Below, piece after piece: positions 46,804-58,000 of a DNA stretch of 64,000 bases. The DNA is from Candidatus Micrarchaeota archaeon (GTDB lineage Archaea; Micrarchaeota; Micrarchaeia; Anstonellales; Bilamarchaeaceae): positions 24,308-88,307 of the forward strand of contig JBDRLQ010000012.1 in the NCBI GenBank assembly GCA_043812915.1, in the 5' to 3' direction. Every line of letters starts with the position of its first letter. Within the stretch, counting starts at the first letter, position 1. Below the pieces are notes generated by a model that did no database searches, was not told where the DNA came from, and was given only the letters and a program-made list of their open reading frames with translations. The position numbers and the translations under genes are program-made.

Positions 46804-49017
46804 TCACCTTAGCCTCACTCCCTGGGGCATATCTCCTGCCCTTATCCTATCCTCATCCGAAACCCTCGGTGTTGGCTGCGGAACCGGTGCACGTGCCGGC
46901 TCCGCGGTCCTAACGGGCCTGGTTGCCGCAAGCGGATACCCGTCTTCGGCGTAAGCGCGAAGCTGCACGTCCCTTCCGCTCAGTTCTTCGCCTGGCCTCG
47001 GCCTTGCCGTGAGATGCACCCCGTCAGAGCAGTATATCGGGTTCGAGCGCCTTGCGGCTGCATCGCTAAGGTCTGTGGATTGCGGATTTGCCATAAGCCT
47101 CCGGTCAAGGTCCACGAATCTGGTGAGGCCCGGAATATCCCCTGCCCTCACCCGCTCCTGCAGCCACTGGTTCACTCCGACACGTACTCTTTCCTCAAGC
47201 TCTCCCGAGCCGCCATAGCCGAACATCGGAGGCAGCCCCACCGCGATTATCGTTATCCCAGGATTGATTCTGCGCGCCTCAACATGCATGGACTGCAGCC
47301 CTCTTGTGACAGCGGTAATCCGTTCCTGAACAGCCTGGTCAAGCTGCTCCTGTATCCGCTCAATCCTCTGCTGCAATGCCACCCTCCGGTCTCCGGCTTC
47401 GGCGGCCAGGCTGGCTCTCAACTGCCCGAGCTGCGTCAGCTGCGCATGCAACTGTGCCCTTCTTTCTGCTCCCCAGCCGATGCTGTTTGCGCCCGCCTCA
47501 ATGAATATCTCGTCCGCCCTGGCAACTTCCCGGCGCAGCTCGGTATCCTCGCGCATTCTTCTGTGTAGCCTGCCAACTCCGTTTCCGCTCCAGCCGGCGA
47601 CTGTCACATCCACGTTCGGGCGGAGCGTTGCGAAGAAATCCCTTCTTGTCGTGCCAAGCGGGTGGACCCCATCCTGCCCTCCTGATGCGAGCCCGGCGGT
47701 GAGCGAATCTCCTAATATGACCGCCCTTCTCCGGCTTCCTCCGCTGTCCCTTGCCGCTGCAGGCCTTGGGTGTGCTCTGCTCCTTGCCGGGTCTGGCGCG
47801 GCTGTTGCCGGCCTCTCCCTTGGCGCCCTTCTCCTTCTGCTGGGGATTTCTGGAGTCGGCCTGTCTTCTGTTGCAACTACCCTTGTCGGCTGCTGCTGCA
47901 CCCTCCTGAAATATGTGAGCGAAGCCAGGCTCCTTGCCCGCGCCTCATCAAGCATTCTCTGCTCCTGCGCAAGTATCTGCCTGCCCTCCCGCTCGTGCTC
48001 ATCAGCCGGCTCAGGAAGCACCACCGGCGGTTCCGGCGCTCCTTCCGCATGCCACACCCTGGCGTCACTATGCGCCATCCTCCTTACATACAACGAGGCG
48101 ATGAGTATCAGATTCCCGTCAAGAGCCGATGGAATCTCACTGGCAACTCCCCTAGCCTCCGCCCCGAATTGCCTTGCCGCCTGCGCGGCTTCTGATGTGC
48201 CCGTCCTTTGGGCTTCGGCTACAAGATAATCATGAACAAATCCCACCGCGCGGTCGGCAACGCCCTCCGCGCCAAGATGCCTTGCCGTGAGCGTTCCTGC
48301 TGATGCGAGCGAAATAACCTGCGCGATTTCTGGAGGCGCCTGTGAGGTTGCATACATCGTGAACCTAGGTATCTGCGCAAGCGCGCGCAAAACGAAGGCA
48401 AGGGCTCCCCTTGCCCTGGCGGTCTGGGAAAGAAAAGTGTTTATCCCGTCTATATTCTGATGGATTTCTGTTACCGCCGCATCAGCACCGCGCCCTCCGG
48501 CATCCCTGAGGTGCTCCGTAATCCAGTTGGTGCTGATTGCCGCCCCCCTTCTTGCCGGTGGCGGAGGCGGCTGGGCAACTGCCTCACGCCTCTCCTCTTC
48601 GGGTTCTGGCGGCGGCTCAGGCTCTGCCGCAGGCGGCGGGGCGACGGGCGGGGGCCGGTCCTGCCTCACTCTCCTTCTTGGAGGCGGGGGGGTAGCCACT
48701 CTTCGTGGGGCTGCTGCTGGCCTTGGGGCTGGCTGCGCTGCTGCCGCTCTTGCAGCCCTTGGCTGGAGGGATGCTGCGAGCGTTGCTGCGTTCGCGCTGT
48801 TTAGCTGCCCGAGGACGGCTGCCGCAACACCGAAATCATCAATGCTCTCCCTTGTCATGAACTGCGCTAGCCCTCCGCGAACCGCATGCCTTCTTGCAGC
48901 GACAACCCCGGCTTCTGTTGCTGGCTGGTTTCCGCCGCTAATCCTGTACGTCCTCCCTCCATGGGTTACAATGAAAGTGATTGCACCGCTTTCTGCCCTT
49001 CTAATGCTAACAGCCAT
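46804..49017 (-). CDS. Pro/Arg-rich protein with C-terminal SGNH/GDSL hydrolase domain
   Basis: Blocks GDSL, SGNG, GAN and DGVH all present. Confidence 0.8.
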   Translation of the reverse strand: MAVSIRRAESGAITFIVTHGGRTYRISGGNQPATEAGVVAARRHAVRGGLAQFMTRESIDDFGVAAAVLGQLNSANAATLAASLQPRAARAAAAQPAPRPAAAPRRVATPPPPRRRVRQDRPPPVAPPPAAEPEPPPEPEEERREAVAQPPPPPARRGAAISTNWITEHLRDAGGRGADAAVTEIHQNIDGINTFLSQTARARGALAFVLRALAQIPRFTMYATSQAPPEIAQVISLASAGTLTARHLGAEGVADRAVGFVHDYLVAEAQRTGTSEAAQAARQFGAEARGVASEIPSALDGNLILIASLYVRRMAHSDARVWHAEGAPEPPVVLPEPADEHEREGRQILAQEQRMLDEARARSLASLTYFRRVQQQPTRVVATEDRPTPEIPSRRRRAPRERPATAAPDPARSRAHPRPAAARDSGGSRRRAVILGDSLTAGLASGGQDGVHPLGTTRRDFFATLRPNVDVTVAGWSGNGVGRLHRRMREDTELRREVARADEIFIEAGANSIGWGAERRAQLHAQLTQLGQLRASLAAEAGDRRVALQQRIERIQEQLDQAVQERITAVTRGLQSMHVEARRINPGITIIAVGLPPMFGYGGSGELEERVRVGVNQWLQERVRAGDIPGLTRFVDLDRRLMANPQSTDLSDAAARRSNPIYCSDGVHLTARPRPGEELSGRDVQLRAYAEDGYPLAATRPVRTAEPARAPVPQPTPRVSDEDRIRAGDMPQGVRLR

Positions 49018-52000
49018 TACTCTTCACCTGCCCTCATGGCAATCTCCGCCTGTATCATAGCGCTCACCCAGCCGTTGAAGCTGCTTGGGCGGTCTATCCG
49101 GACTGCGCCCCCGTCTACATGCAGCCCGCGCTGCCTCATCCATGCCGCATCCGCGCTGTGCGCTCCGATGTCCGATCGCAGCTGCGTAATTAGCGGCGCG
49201 TGCCTTGATGCGCTCAATCCGGATCCGCGCAGAGCTCTCTGTATCGCAGTATCAATCGAGCCGTGCACAGTAACCCCCTCTGCCTGTGCCGGCGGAGTCT
49301 CCGGGGCAGGTTCCGGCTCTTCAGCCGTTCTCGGATTTTGCATCGCTTCTATTATGTCATCAACTCTGGCTTCTGCTGCCGCGCGCTGGGCACCAACAAG
49401 GCGAATCTCATTTTCATGCCTGGAAAATCCTTGGGCTTCAGCCCATGAGTCAGGATCTGTCTCAATTGCCCGCTGCAGCCCCTCGAGGATTCTTGTGCGC
49501 TGCTCCGCCTCAAGGCCTTCCCTTGCGTCCACCCTTGCCCGAAGGAGCTGCATCACATCCCCGGTAACGACTACTTCCTGGGCGGTCCTCCCTTCATTCT
49601 CCCTGGCGCGTATGTACAGCTCGAGGTTCCGGAGTGCCTGCCTCCTTGCTCTTGAAGATTCTTCTCCTTCTGCTGGCGGGCGGAGCCTTCCCCACATCGC
49701 CCTCGCTGCTCCGGCAATCTCCCCTTCGGCACCTCCTGGAAGCGTCGCTACGAATGTGTTCATCTGCTCTTCGTTCATCCTGACAACTGGCGCGACTATT
49801 GGCTCTTCGAAAGTTCCGGCCACGAATATTCCCATTCCTCGAAGCTGCCTGGATATCCTCCCTCTTGTCGCCGCTCTTGCGTCCGGATTGAGGGAGAGCC
49901 TTGCCAGCTGCCCGACCGAGTTCCCGACATAGGTCCTCATTCCTCCTGCATGCGCGTCGGTCATAAGGTCCCCAAGAGCTGTGAGCATGTATGGCGTGAG
50001 TGCGACCTCGCTGACAACCCTTGCGCCTGGAACCGAGCCTCCAGCCCCTCTTCCTCTTGTTGGCTGGTATCCATAGAGCAGTTCTTCAGGCGGCCTTGAC
50101 CTCCGGTCCTCTGCTGTCCTGCTCATTGGAGGCGGGCGCGCTTCAGCGTTCCACCACATCCTCGGCGGCCTCATGAAGACTCCCGGGCTTTCCCGTGTTC
50201 CGACAAGCTGGTCGAGCCTCCTCTCAAGGGCTTCCGGAGAGAGCCCGGCAACGTCCCTGGATAGGTTCCTCATCAGGTATCTCACAATGTCATATTCATG
50301 GCGCTCAGGCACTTCTCTTCCTTCCTCGTCCCTTCGCACCCAGTTCAATCCCTGGTGGTTCGCCTCAATCCAGTTGGCGAGCCCTATCGTCAGGTCATCG
50401 CTTGAATGCACTGAATCGAACACGAATGATGCTGCCCTCCTGTCCCAGCGGAACCTTGGGTCCCAGTTGTAGAGGTGTATCGGAACTCCTCTCACAGTTG
50501 AAATGGGCCTCAGCAGGTATCCTGCGCGCTGCAGCGTTGCGATTGCGGCAGCCTGCGTCGGGCTGTTCGCGATTATCTCAGCCACTCTCCACATGCCTCT
50601 TTCGAGAACCATCTCATGCGGGCCGGGCCTGAATCCCCCTGCGCGGTAAGCGGTCCTCTCCTCGGCGGTCGGGAGCCTGTCACCATACACAGCCGTTCCA
50701 GGCGGCAGCGTGAAAGTGCGCAGCCTCTCCCAGGCTTCTGCATCTCCGCTATACCTTACAACTATGTCCTGGAACTGCTCGCGCATCTGCGGGCTCCCGA
50801 TGCTCTGGAAGTCAAGCTGGTCAAGGAAGTCCTGCACAATGCCTGCGCGGACTGCGCGCGGAACCGTCACTTCGGTCTGCGCGCCTTCAACTCTTCTTGC
50901 TACTGTGACATCTCCAAGATAGAGCGGCGGTGTCGCGCTTGCCAGCCTTGTCCTCAGTCTCCCTTCAAGCTCGATAATCCCCCGGACAGCATCAACGCTT
51001 CCTGCGCCATGCTCCCTATTCAGCTCCGCAATCCTTCCTCCGGTCGGCTGAATCGGCGCTTCAAGAACTCCGCGAATCGCTGTGATTGCGTCCTGTGAAA
51101 GCGGCGGCTCGCGCGGGCCCACCCTGGCAGCTTCCTGCTGTCCCCTTGGCGCGGTGCGCAGGCTCTCAATGGCATCCATCATATATGCGCGCGGTATGCG
51201 CCCTTCCATATATCCCCTGAACAGGAAAATGAATGTCTCCGGGTGGTTCCCCAGATATTCGGCTGCCCTGCGGCCTTCAGTGGTCCTTATATCTATTCCG
51301 GTATCAGCTGCGAATGCCCTTGCTGTCCAGTCGCTGCTGGTCAGAAGGAAGTTGTTCTCAATCCAGTTTCCCCTCCGCAGCTCATACAGGTCATTGAATG
51401 TAATCCGGTCCAGCCCTCGTGCGACTTCGAAGTCAAGCCCCAATTCAGTGCAGGCGCTCCTGAGGGATGCTTCCGCAGCCTCACTGCCCCTGCCGCTCCT
51501 CATGCTGGCAAGGTATCCGTTTATCTGCCCTAGCCTTGGCTGCAGCGCCGTCCAGGTCTGCCTCAAATCTGTTAGAAGGTCGTTGAGCCTTGCCGGGTCG
51601 ACAACTGGGTCAGTCCTCTCAAGCTGCGTTCTTAGCCAGCCAACAGAATCCTCGATTGTGCCCACTGCCTCACCAGGCCTCACATCGCGGGCTCCAGGAA
51701 TCCGCAGGAGCAGGTTGTTGTCGATAAAGTCCCTTAATTCAGGGCTTGAGCCAATCCATTCAAGGTTGCCCTCAGACATCGGTATCCTTGTTGCATCGCG
51801 CCGCACTGCATCTTCTATATCCTCAGTGGTGATCTCGATGTTCAGCCTTCTTCCGAGCTCGGTGGCAAGGCGCTGGTATCTTGCCTGCAATTCCTCACGA
51901 CCGACTCTTTCATCCTGATACATAAAGCGGTAGACTGCAAGGGCGGTCGGCAATCCGATAACGACTCCTGCAAGGGCCGCGTCGGTCATCAGCGACAGCA

Positions 52001-55000
52001 TCGCCATTCCCCACCTGGGCTGGCTCCATAATCTTCCTGCCCTGCCCCAGAATCCGAGCGGCGCCAAAGCATCCCTTGTGGGAAGCGAGCGCCCGAACTG
52101 GCCGAATGCCATGAAATCTGCAGCTGCCCCCAAGCGTCCTGACGTGCGCCATGTACGGGGCGTTACTCCGATTCCAAACCATCTCCTCCCGAAATCAGCC
52201 CAATTTATCAGGTCATCGCTGAGCATGTACCCTTCTGCTGTCCGCGATTCCTGCTGTGAAATCTGCAAATCCCTTGTCTCATAAATGCTTCTTGCTTCGA
52301 CCGCTTCCCGCAGCGGCCCCGCGCCTCTTACCTGCCGATCGAATATGGCAACATCACGCAGATATTCAGAGTCCAGCATCTCTATTGCCTCCATGAAATC
52401 AGCAATCTCCCTTGCGACTTCCCCTGCCGGCTCCCTGCCCCTGGTACTCAATCCAGGAGTCCGCCTCGTGCCCATTTCCCTGAGTATCTCCAGCGGATTC
52501 CCTGTTGTTCGCTGGCCCTCGGGAACACCTCTTTGTTCCGGCCTGATGCCATTGAAAGCGCCGACATACGCGTCCCAGGCCTCATTCGCAGCGGCTCTTC
52601 CCAGGCCCCGGCCTTCCAGGCTGGCGATTACTGCTTCCCTTACCATCGGGTCCCGAAGCGCGGTGTTGAGCGCGTCGACCATATTCACTTCTCCGCTCTG
52701 CCCGTTCAGGGTGCGATAGAGCACATCGCCCAATGTGTGCCCAAGCGTGCCTTCCTCTGCGGCCGGAAGGTTTTCCAGTATCGTGTCCCGTACAATCGGG
52801 TCGCTGCGGGCTGCCGAGACTGCAGAGTCGAGCGAAGTCCTCCTGTTGCCTCCTGCCCTCAATGCATGCTCAAGCGCCTCATTCAGCGCGCGGAGGACTG
52901 GCGTCCTGCCGGAGCCCGCGTCAAGGCCCGCTTCCTGCAGGGCCGTGGCAATCGGAGCCCTGTCCGTCGCTCCAAGATTAATCATCTCTCCTGGAACAAT
53001 TCCAAGGTCGTTGAGGGCAACGAGCCCTGCTGCACGCTCGGGGGCGGTAAGTACTGTTTCTTCACCCCTCTCCCCAAGAAGAAGCCTTCTGCTCTCCTGC
53101 AGCGGAACATATCCTGCAGATTCCACGCCATCGGGTGTTTCCACGCGCGCGCGGGCGTCCCTTCCGCTGCGGCGCCCTTCAAGAATTTCAACAATCCTTG
53201 CAATTTCATAAGGCTCGAAAACCCTAGGAATCTGCTCGGCTGCACCAGAATCCACGAGCCGGCGGACCCTCTCCCCGGAAATCTCGCCCATGTCCTCTAT
53301 TCTGGCCGCCTGCCTCCGTTCGATTGCCTCAAGGTCAACACGCCCGAAAACTTCGGGGTCGCTGAGCCTTTGGTACATAGGCGAATTATGATCCATTGCA
53401 GCCCTGACATGCTCCATCGCGTACATTTTCTGGAGGGTGTCCAGCAGGCTCTGCCTTGAGTTGGGCGGCAGGCGGTTCATCTCATCAAACAGCGCCTGCA
53501 TGACTTCCACGACTTCAGGCGCCGCCGTTGGGTCCCCGAGGCGCCTTCCGAATTCCAGGCCGAACCTTCGCATTAGCGCTTGATATGGGGCATTCCCGCT
53601 GATATAGCTCTGGTCAATTCCAGTTAGCTGCGGGGGTGCCGATCCGCCTCTCTCCCCGCGCTGGCGCGCCCTCTCACCTTCAGTGTATCCGCGGGCATAT
53701 CCCTCATCGAAAGCATTTCCCAATGCTCCTGCTGGCCTGTCCGTTTCTGCTCTCGGATTTGCGACATCTCCGCGCCTCCCTCTTGCGAGACCGAGCCGGT
53801 AGCCTCGCTGGTGTGCCCTTCTCCTCCTTGGTTGCATCCTGCCTGGCGGCCCTGCCGGCCGCTCTTCCCTCTGAGCCGGCGCCTGGGCAGGTGGTGGCTC
53901 TGGAGCCGGCGCCTGCCTCATCTCATCAAGCCTTCCTCCTGCCGTACCTGTAGTCTCATCTGCCGAAGCGCGGACTGTTGGCCTTCTTGGCCCTCCGCCA
54001 CCGCCTCTTGCGGGGATGACCTGGACGGTACCGAATGGCGTCTCAACGAATTGCGCGGGCGCAGCGCCACCTCTTCCTGGAGCAGTAAGGGCGTCAATCA
54101 TGTATGCTGGCATCATGCCTTCAATTTCTCCTGCAGCAGCATCAAGCCGCGCGGCATCCACTGGCGAGACAAACCCGTCAATCGCTTCAGCGGCAATTGT
54201 TAGCTCGGTCGGGATTGTCCTTCCCCGCAACGCGCGGACAACAGGATTCGTTCCAAGGGGATTGGCCTCGAGCACCTGCGCCAGGCTCTGCCCCGGCTGC
54301 GCCTCTATCCCAAGGCTCCTGAATATCTCAGCCCTAATGCTTGGAGACAATCTTCCAAGGACACGTGCCTGCACATCAGCGCTCTCCCCTGAAATCTCCC
54401 TTATGAAATTCCTCAATCCCTCAGGAGTTCCAAGCTGCCTGGCCTCTGCCATAGCATCTGAAATTAGCGGGTCGACAATTTCCATGGTGCCCTCGGGAAG
54501 CTGGCGCAGCCTGCGCGCGGCATCCGCCGCGGCTACTCTCCCTGCCCTGCTCCCAGGGGCAATCAACGTCAGGTCATTTAGGAAAACCCCACGGCCCGCG
54601 CCCTGCAGTTCCCTGACAAGGTCGGCTGCAGTAATCTGCGCGGCAATCTCATCCGCCGTCCCCCTTATCGGAGGCCTCACCGGTTCCGCTCCGACAGCGC
54701 CTGCGATTTCCTCAACGCTTATGGTGATCCTTGTGCCAGAGAGCGGGCTCTCAACCCCGGTCCTTGCATATGTCATGAAAGCGGGGCTCTCGAAAAGCGC
54801 CTGCACATGCGGAACCACATTCGCAGGAAGCTCCCTCTGAAGGATGCGGAGCCTTGCCACCGGGTCCAGCCCTGCCAGTTCGCCAGCGTACGCGACAAGG
54901 TTCTCATGGTTCGCAAGCGCCTGGGCACGCGCCACCCTTTCGGTTGAAGTCAGCTGGAAGAATGCGCGACCTGCCAGGTCATCGGCGAGCGCCCTTGCCT

Positions 55001-58000
55001 GGCCTCCGCCTCCACCACGACCGCCACCGCCGCTGGTTTCCAAATCGAGCATGGTCTCTCTCCATGCCTCTGCCCTTGCCCTCGCGCGGAGGTGCGCGCC
55101 CCCTATATGGACCAGCGGGAACAGCGCCATTCCGGCGTGCACAACCCCTTCATCAAAGTGCCCTGCCTGGAATGCCTGGTAGGCCCCATAGCCCATCGTG
55201 GCCATGAACGCCCCCCCGATTCCCATGTTCGCGATTGTGATTCCTCGCGCGATTCCGAACATCCTCTGCGCCTGGTAGAAATGCGTCATCTCCCTTGTCA
55301 TGGATGCCCAGCGGTGCGTCTCCAGTGCGGCCCTTCCAGCTGTTTGGAAGACGCCTGCAACGCTTGAGAGCCCTGCGGTTACGGCAAGCCCTCCTAGCAT
55401 CACCCATGTCGTCGGCGCAACTCTCCCCTCAACCCTCTGCTGGATTACCGCCCCCCTGAATCCTAGGGTCATGAATATCGATGTGCTGATCAAAGGCCCG
55501 ACTCCAGGAATCAAGGATGAGGCGACACCTGCGGCAAAAGCGGTTACATCGACGCTCAGCTGGTCCATGCGCTGCTGGCCAAGAAGCTGGCTCACCTGCT
55601 GCTCCATCTGCTCCATGCTCACTCCGCTAAGCGCCATTGCCTGGATTCTCTCCTGTGCAGCCCCTACGTCCGAAACATAGGCCCCGCGCTCAGCGCGCCT
55701 TGCTTCCCACTGCCTCATAGCCTCCTGGAACCGCACGCTTTCCTCTGCGGTCATCGGCCTTCTTCCTTCTCCAGGGGGCTGGGGCATTGTTAGCATATCC
55801 CCAGCCAATCTTATTGCGCGTGTAACTACCGGCCCGGTGATGCGCTCGACCCCTCTTGCCGGAACGCAGAGCATCACCTGCTCGAGGTACGCCGCCCTTG
55901 ATGAGGCATCCATGAGCGCCCTGGCCTCATCCGCCAAATCCTCGGCAGGAACTTCCACTGCCTCTGCTGGCCGATCAAGCCATAGAATATGATTGAACCA
56001 ATTTGTCCTTGCGCTTACATAGAAGTCAAGGTCATGCCCGCCTTCCTGCCGTCTCCTTGCAGCCGCGTCAGCTGGAATTGCCCTCCAGAAGTGCATCGCC
56101 TGCCTCGTCTCGTCCGCTGCGGCGCCGTATTCGAGGGAAATTGTCTCGAAGCTGGTGCTAAGGCTGCTTAGCATCCTGGCAGTGTTCTGCAGGTGCATCC
56201 TGGCAGCCTCGATATGCTCAAGGGTCCAGCTGGGCGACGGAGCGACAGTGGTCGTAGCCTGCACCGCGGCCTCTTCCGAGCGGAGCAGCCGCAGGTCCCT
56301 GCGCACGGTTGAGAATGCCTCACCGCTTCTCCTGAACCTCTCAATATCCGCTGCGAACTGGACATACTCGTCCATTACAGCGTTGAAGTGCTCTCCCCAT
56401 CCGGTTCCCCCTATGAGGTCCGGGTCTGCCATATCCTCCAGCAGGGCCGCAAGCCTCCCCTCCAGCCTGCCCGCCTCGCGGTTCGCTCTCTGAAGCTGGA
56501 AGCCTTCTTCTGAAATAATGGTATCATCCATTCTCCAGCCGCGCCTCCACAGTGTGAATAGCGCCCTCGGGCTGCTTTCACCGGTCATGGCCCGGAGGGT
56601 GCGGAGCGCCTCGTCCCTCGCGCTCCTGCATTCGTTTTCCATCAGCGGGCCGGCAACTTCGGGATAAGCCCGCCCGAGCTGCTCTGCAAGCCTGCGGTAC
56701 TCAGCAACATCTCCCCTTGATGCGGCGGCCCTCAGGCTGCTCCATAGCCTCTGCATCCTCGGGCTCTCCTCAGTCCCTGTCCGTAGAATCTCTGGCAGGT
56801 CCTCCGTGCGCCCATCATAATCGGTTCTGAGGTTCCTGGCAGCTGAAGTCAATTCAGCGGTGGAATCCACCTGCAGCCTTCCATCCTCGAACAGCTGCAC
56901 CGCGGCTCCGCGCTCCCTGTCAGTTTCAGCCTCAAGCTCAAGCCTGATGGCGCGAAGCATCGTCTCCCTCCCCTGAACGTATCCTGGAAGCGCGCCTTCC
57001 GAAGTCATGGCGGTGTATCTCGCGCCGCCGTCGCCATAGTAAGCCCCGACCATATCAAGCGTCCTGTATGCGGCAGTGAGGTCTGTCCTCGCTCTGCGCA
57101 GCCCGACTGCAATCGCACGTGTGATGACGGCTCTCCCAACAGGATTGCGTTCAGCAAGTTCCCGCAGGTCTGCGGCATAAAGCTCCAGTGCGCTTGCCTG
57201 CGCGCTTCTCCAAGCAGAGCCGAACACCTCAACGCTGTCCCGCCCCTGGATGAGCCCCCGGAGCGCGGTCTCCATCCTCGCCCCGCTCCATTCATCCCTG
57301 AGGCTCGCTATCGTTACGCTCCCGCGCACTTCCCTCCTAACGCCGAACCTCTCAAGGGTGTCGGCATACATAACCAGGCTGGTCAGGAGCGACCTGGCCT
57401 CCTGGAACCTGTCTTCCAAAAGGAGCGCGTCCACCCTTGTAAGGCCGCTCTGGACAAGAGCCCTCTGGGCGCGCAGTCCGCTCCCCCATGAGCCCAATCT
57501 CCCGCGCAATTCCTCAGAACTGCTCCCGAGCTGCACCATGTTGAGGCCCTGCGAAAAGAACACAGACGCGTCCCTTCCCTCAAGCTCTGTTCCGAGCGCG
57601 GCAAGCAGTATGTCCCTGCCAGGCCATCTTCCACCGCGCGCGGGGGCGGCCTGCAGGAACTGCACCGCCATCAGTATCAGCCTTCTCGCCTCGTCCGCCT
57701 CACCAGCGTCAAGCCTTCTCCTGGCTTCTTCAGCTATGCTGGTGCGCATTGCCCCGAGCGCCTGCCCGCTGTTGCCGGCAATCCTGTAAGTATTCGCATA
57801 AAGAACCGCAGTATCAACGGTGCTGGCCCAGTTGACCATCTGCAGCTGCCCCGCTCTCCTTCCCTCTGTCGCTGCGATTGCTATCTCGCTCACAGTTTCC
57901 TCGCGCAAATATCTGTCCCTTCCCCCAAGCCCATGTTCCGCGGCTACTGTCTGCAGCACTCCCATGGAGATGCACAGCTCAGCCATCATCGCATCTTCCC

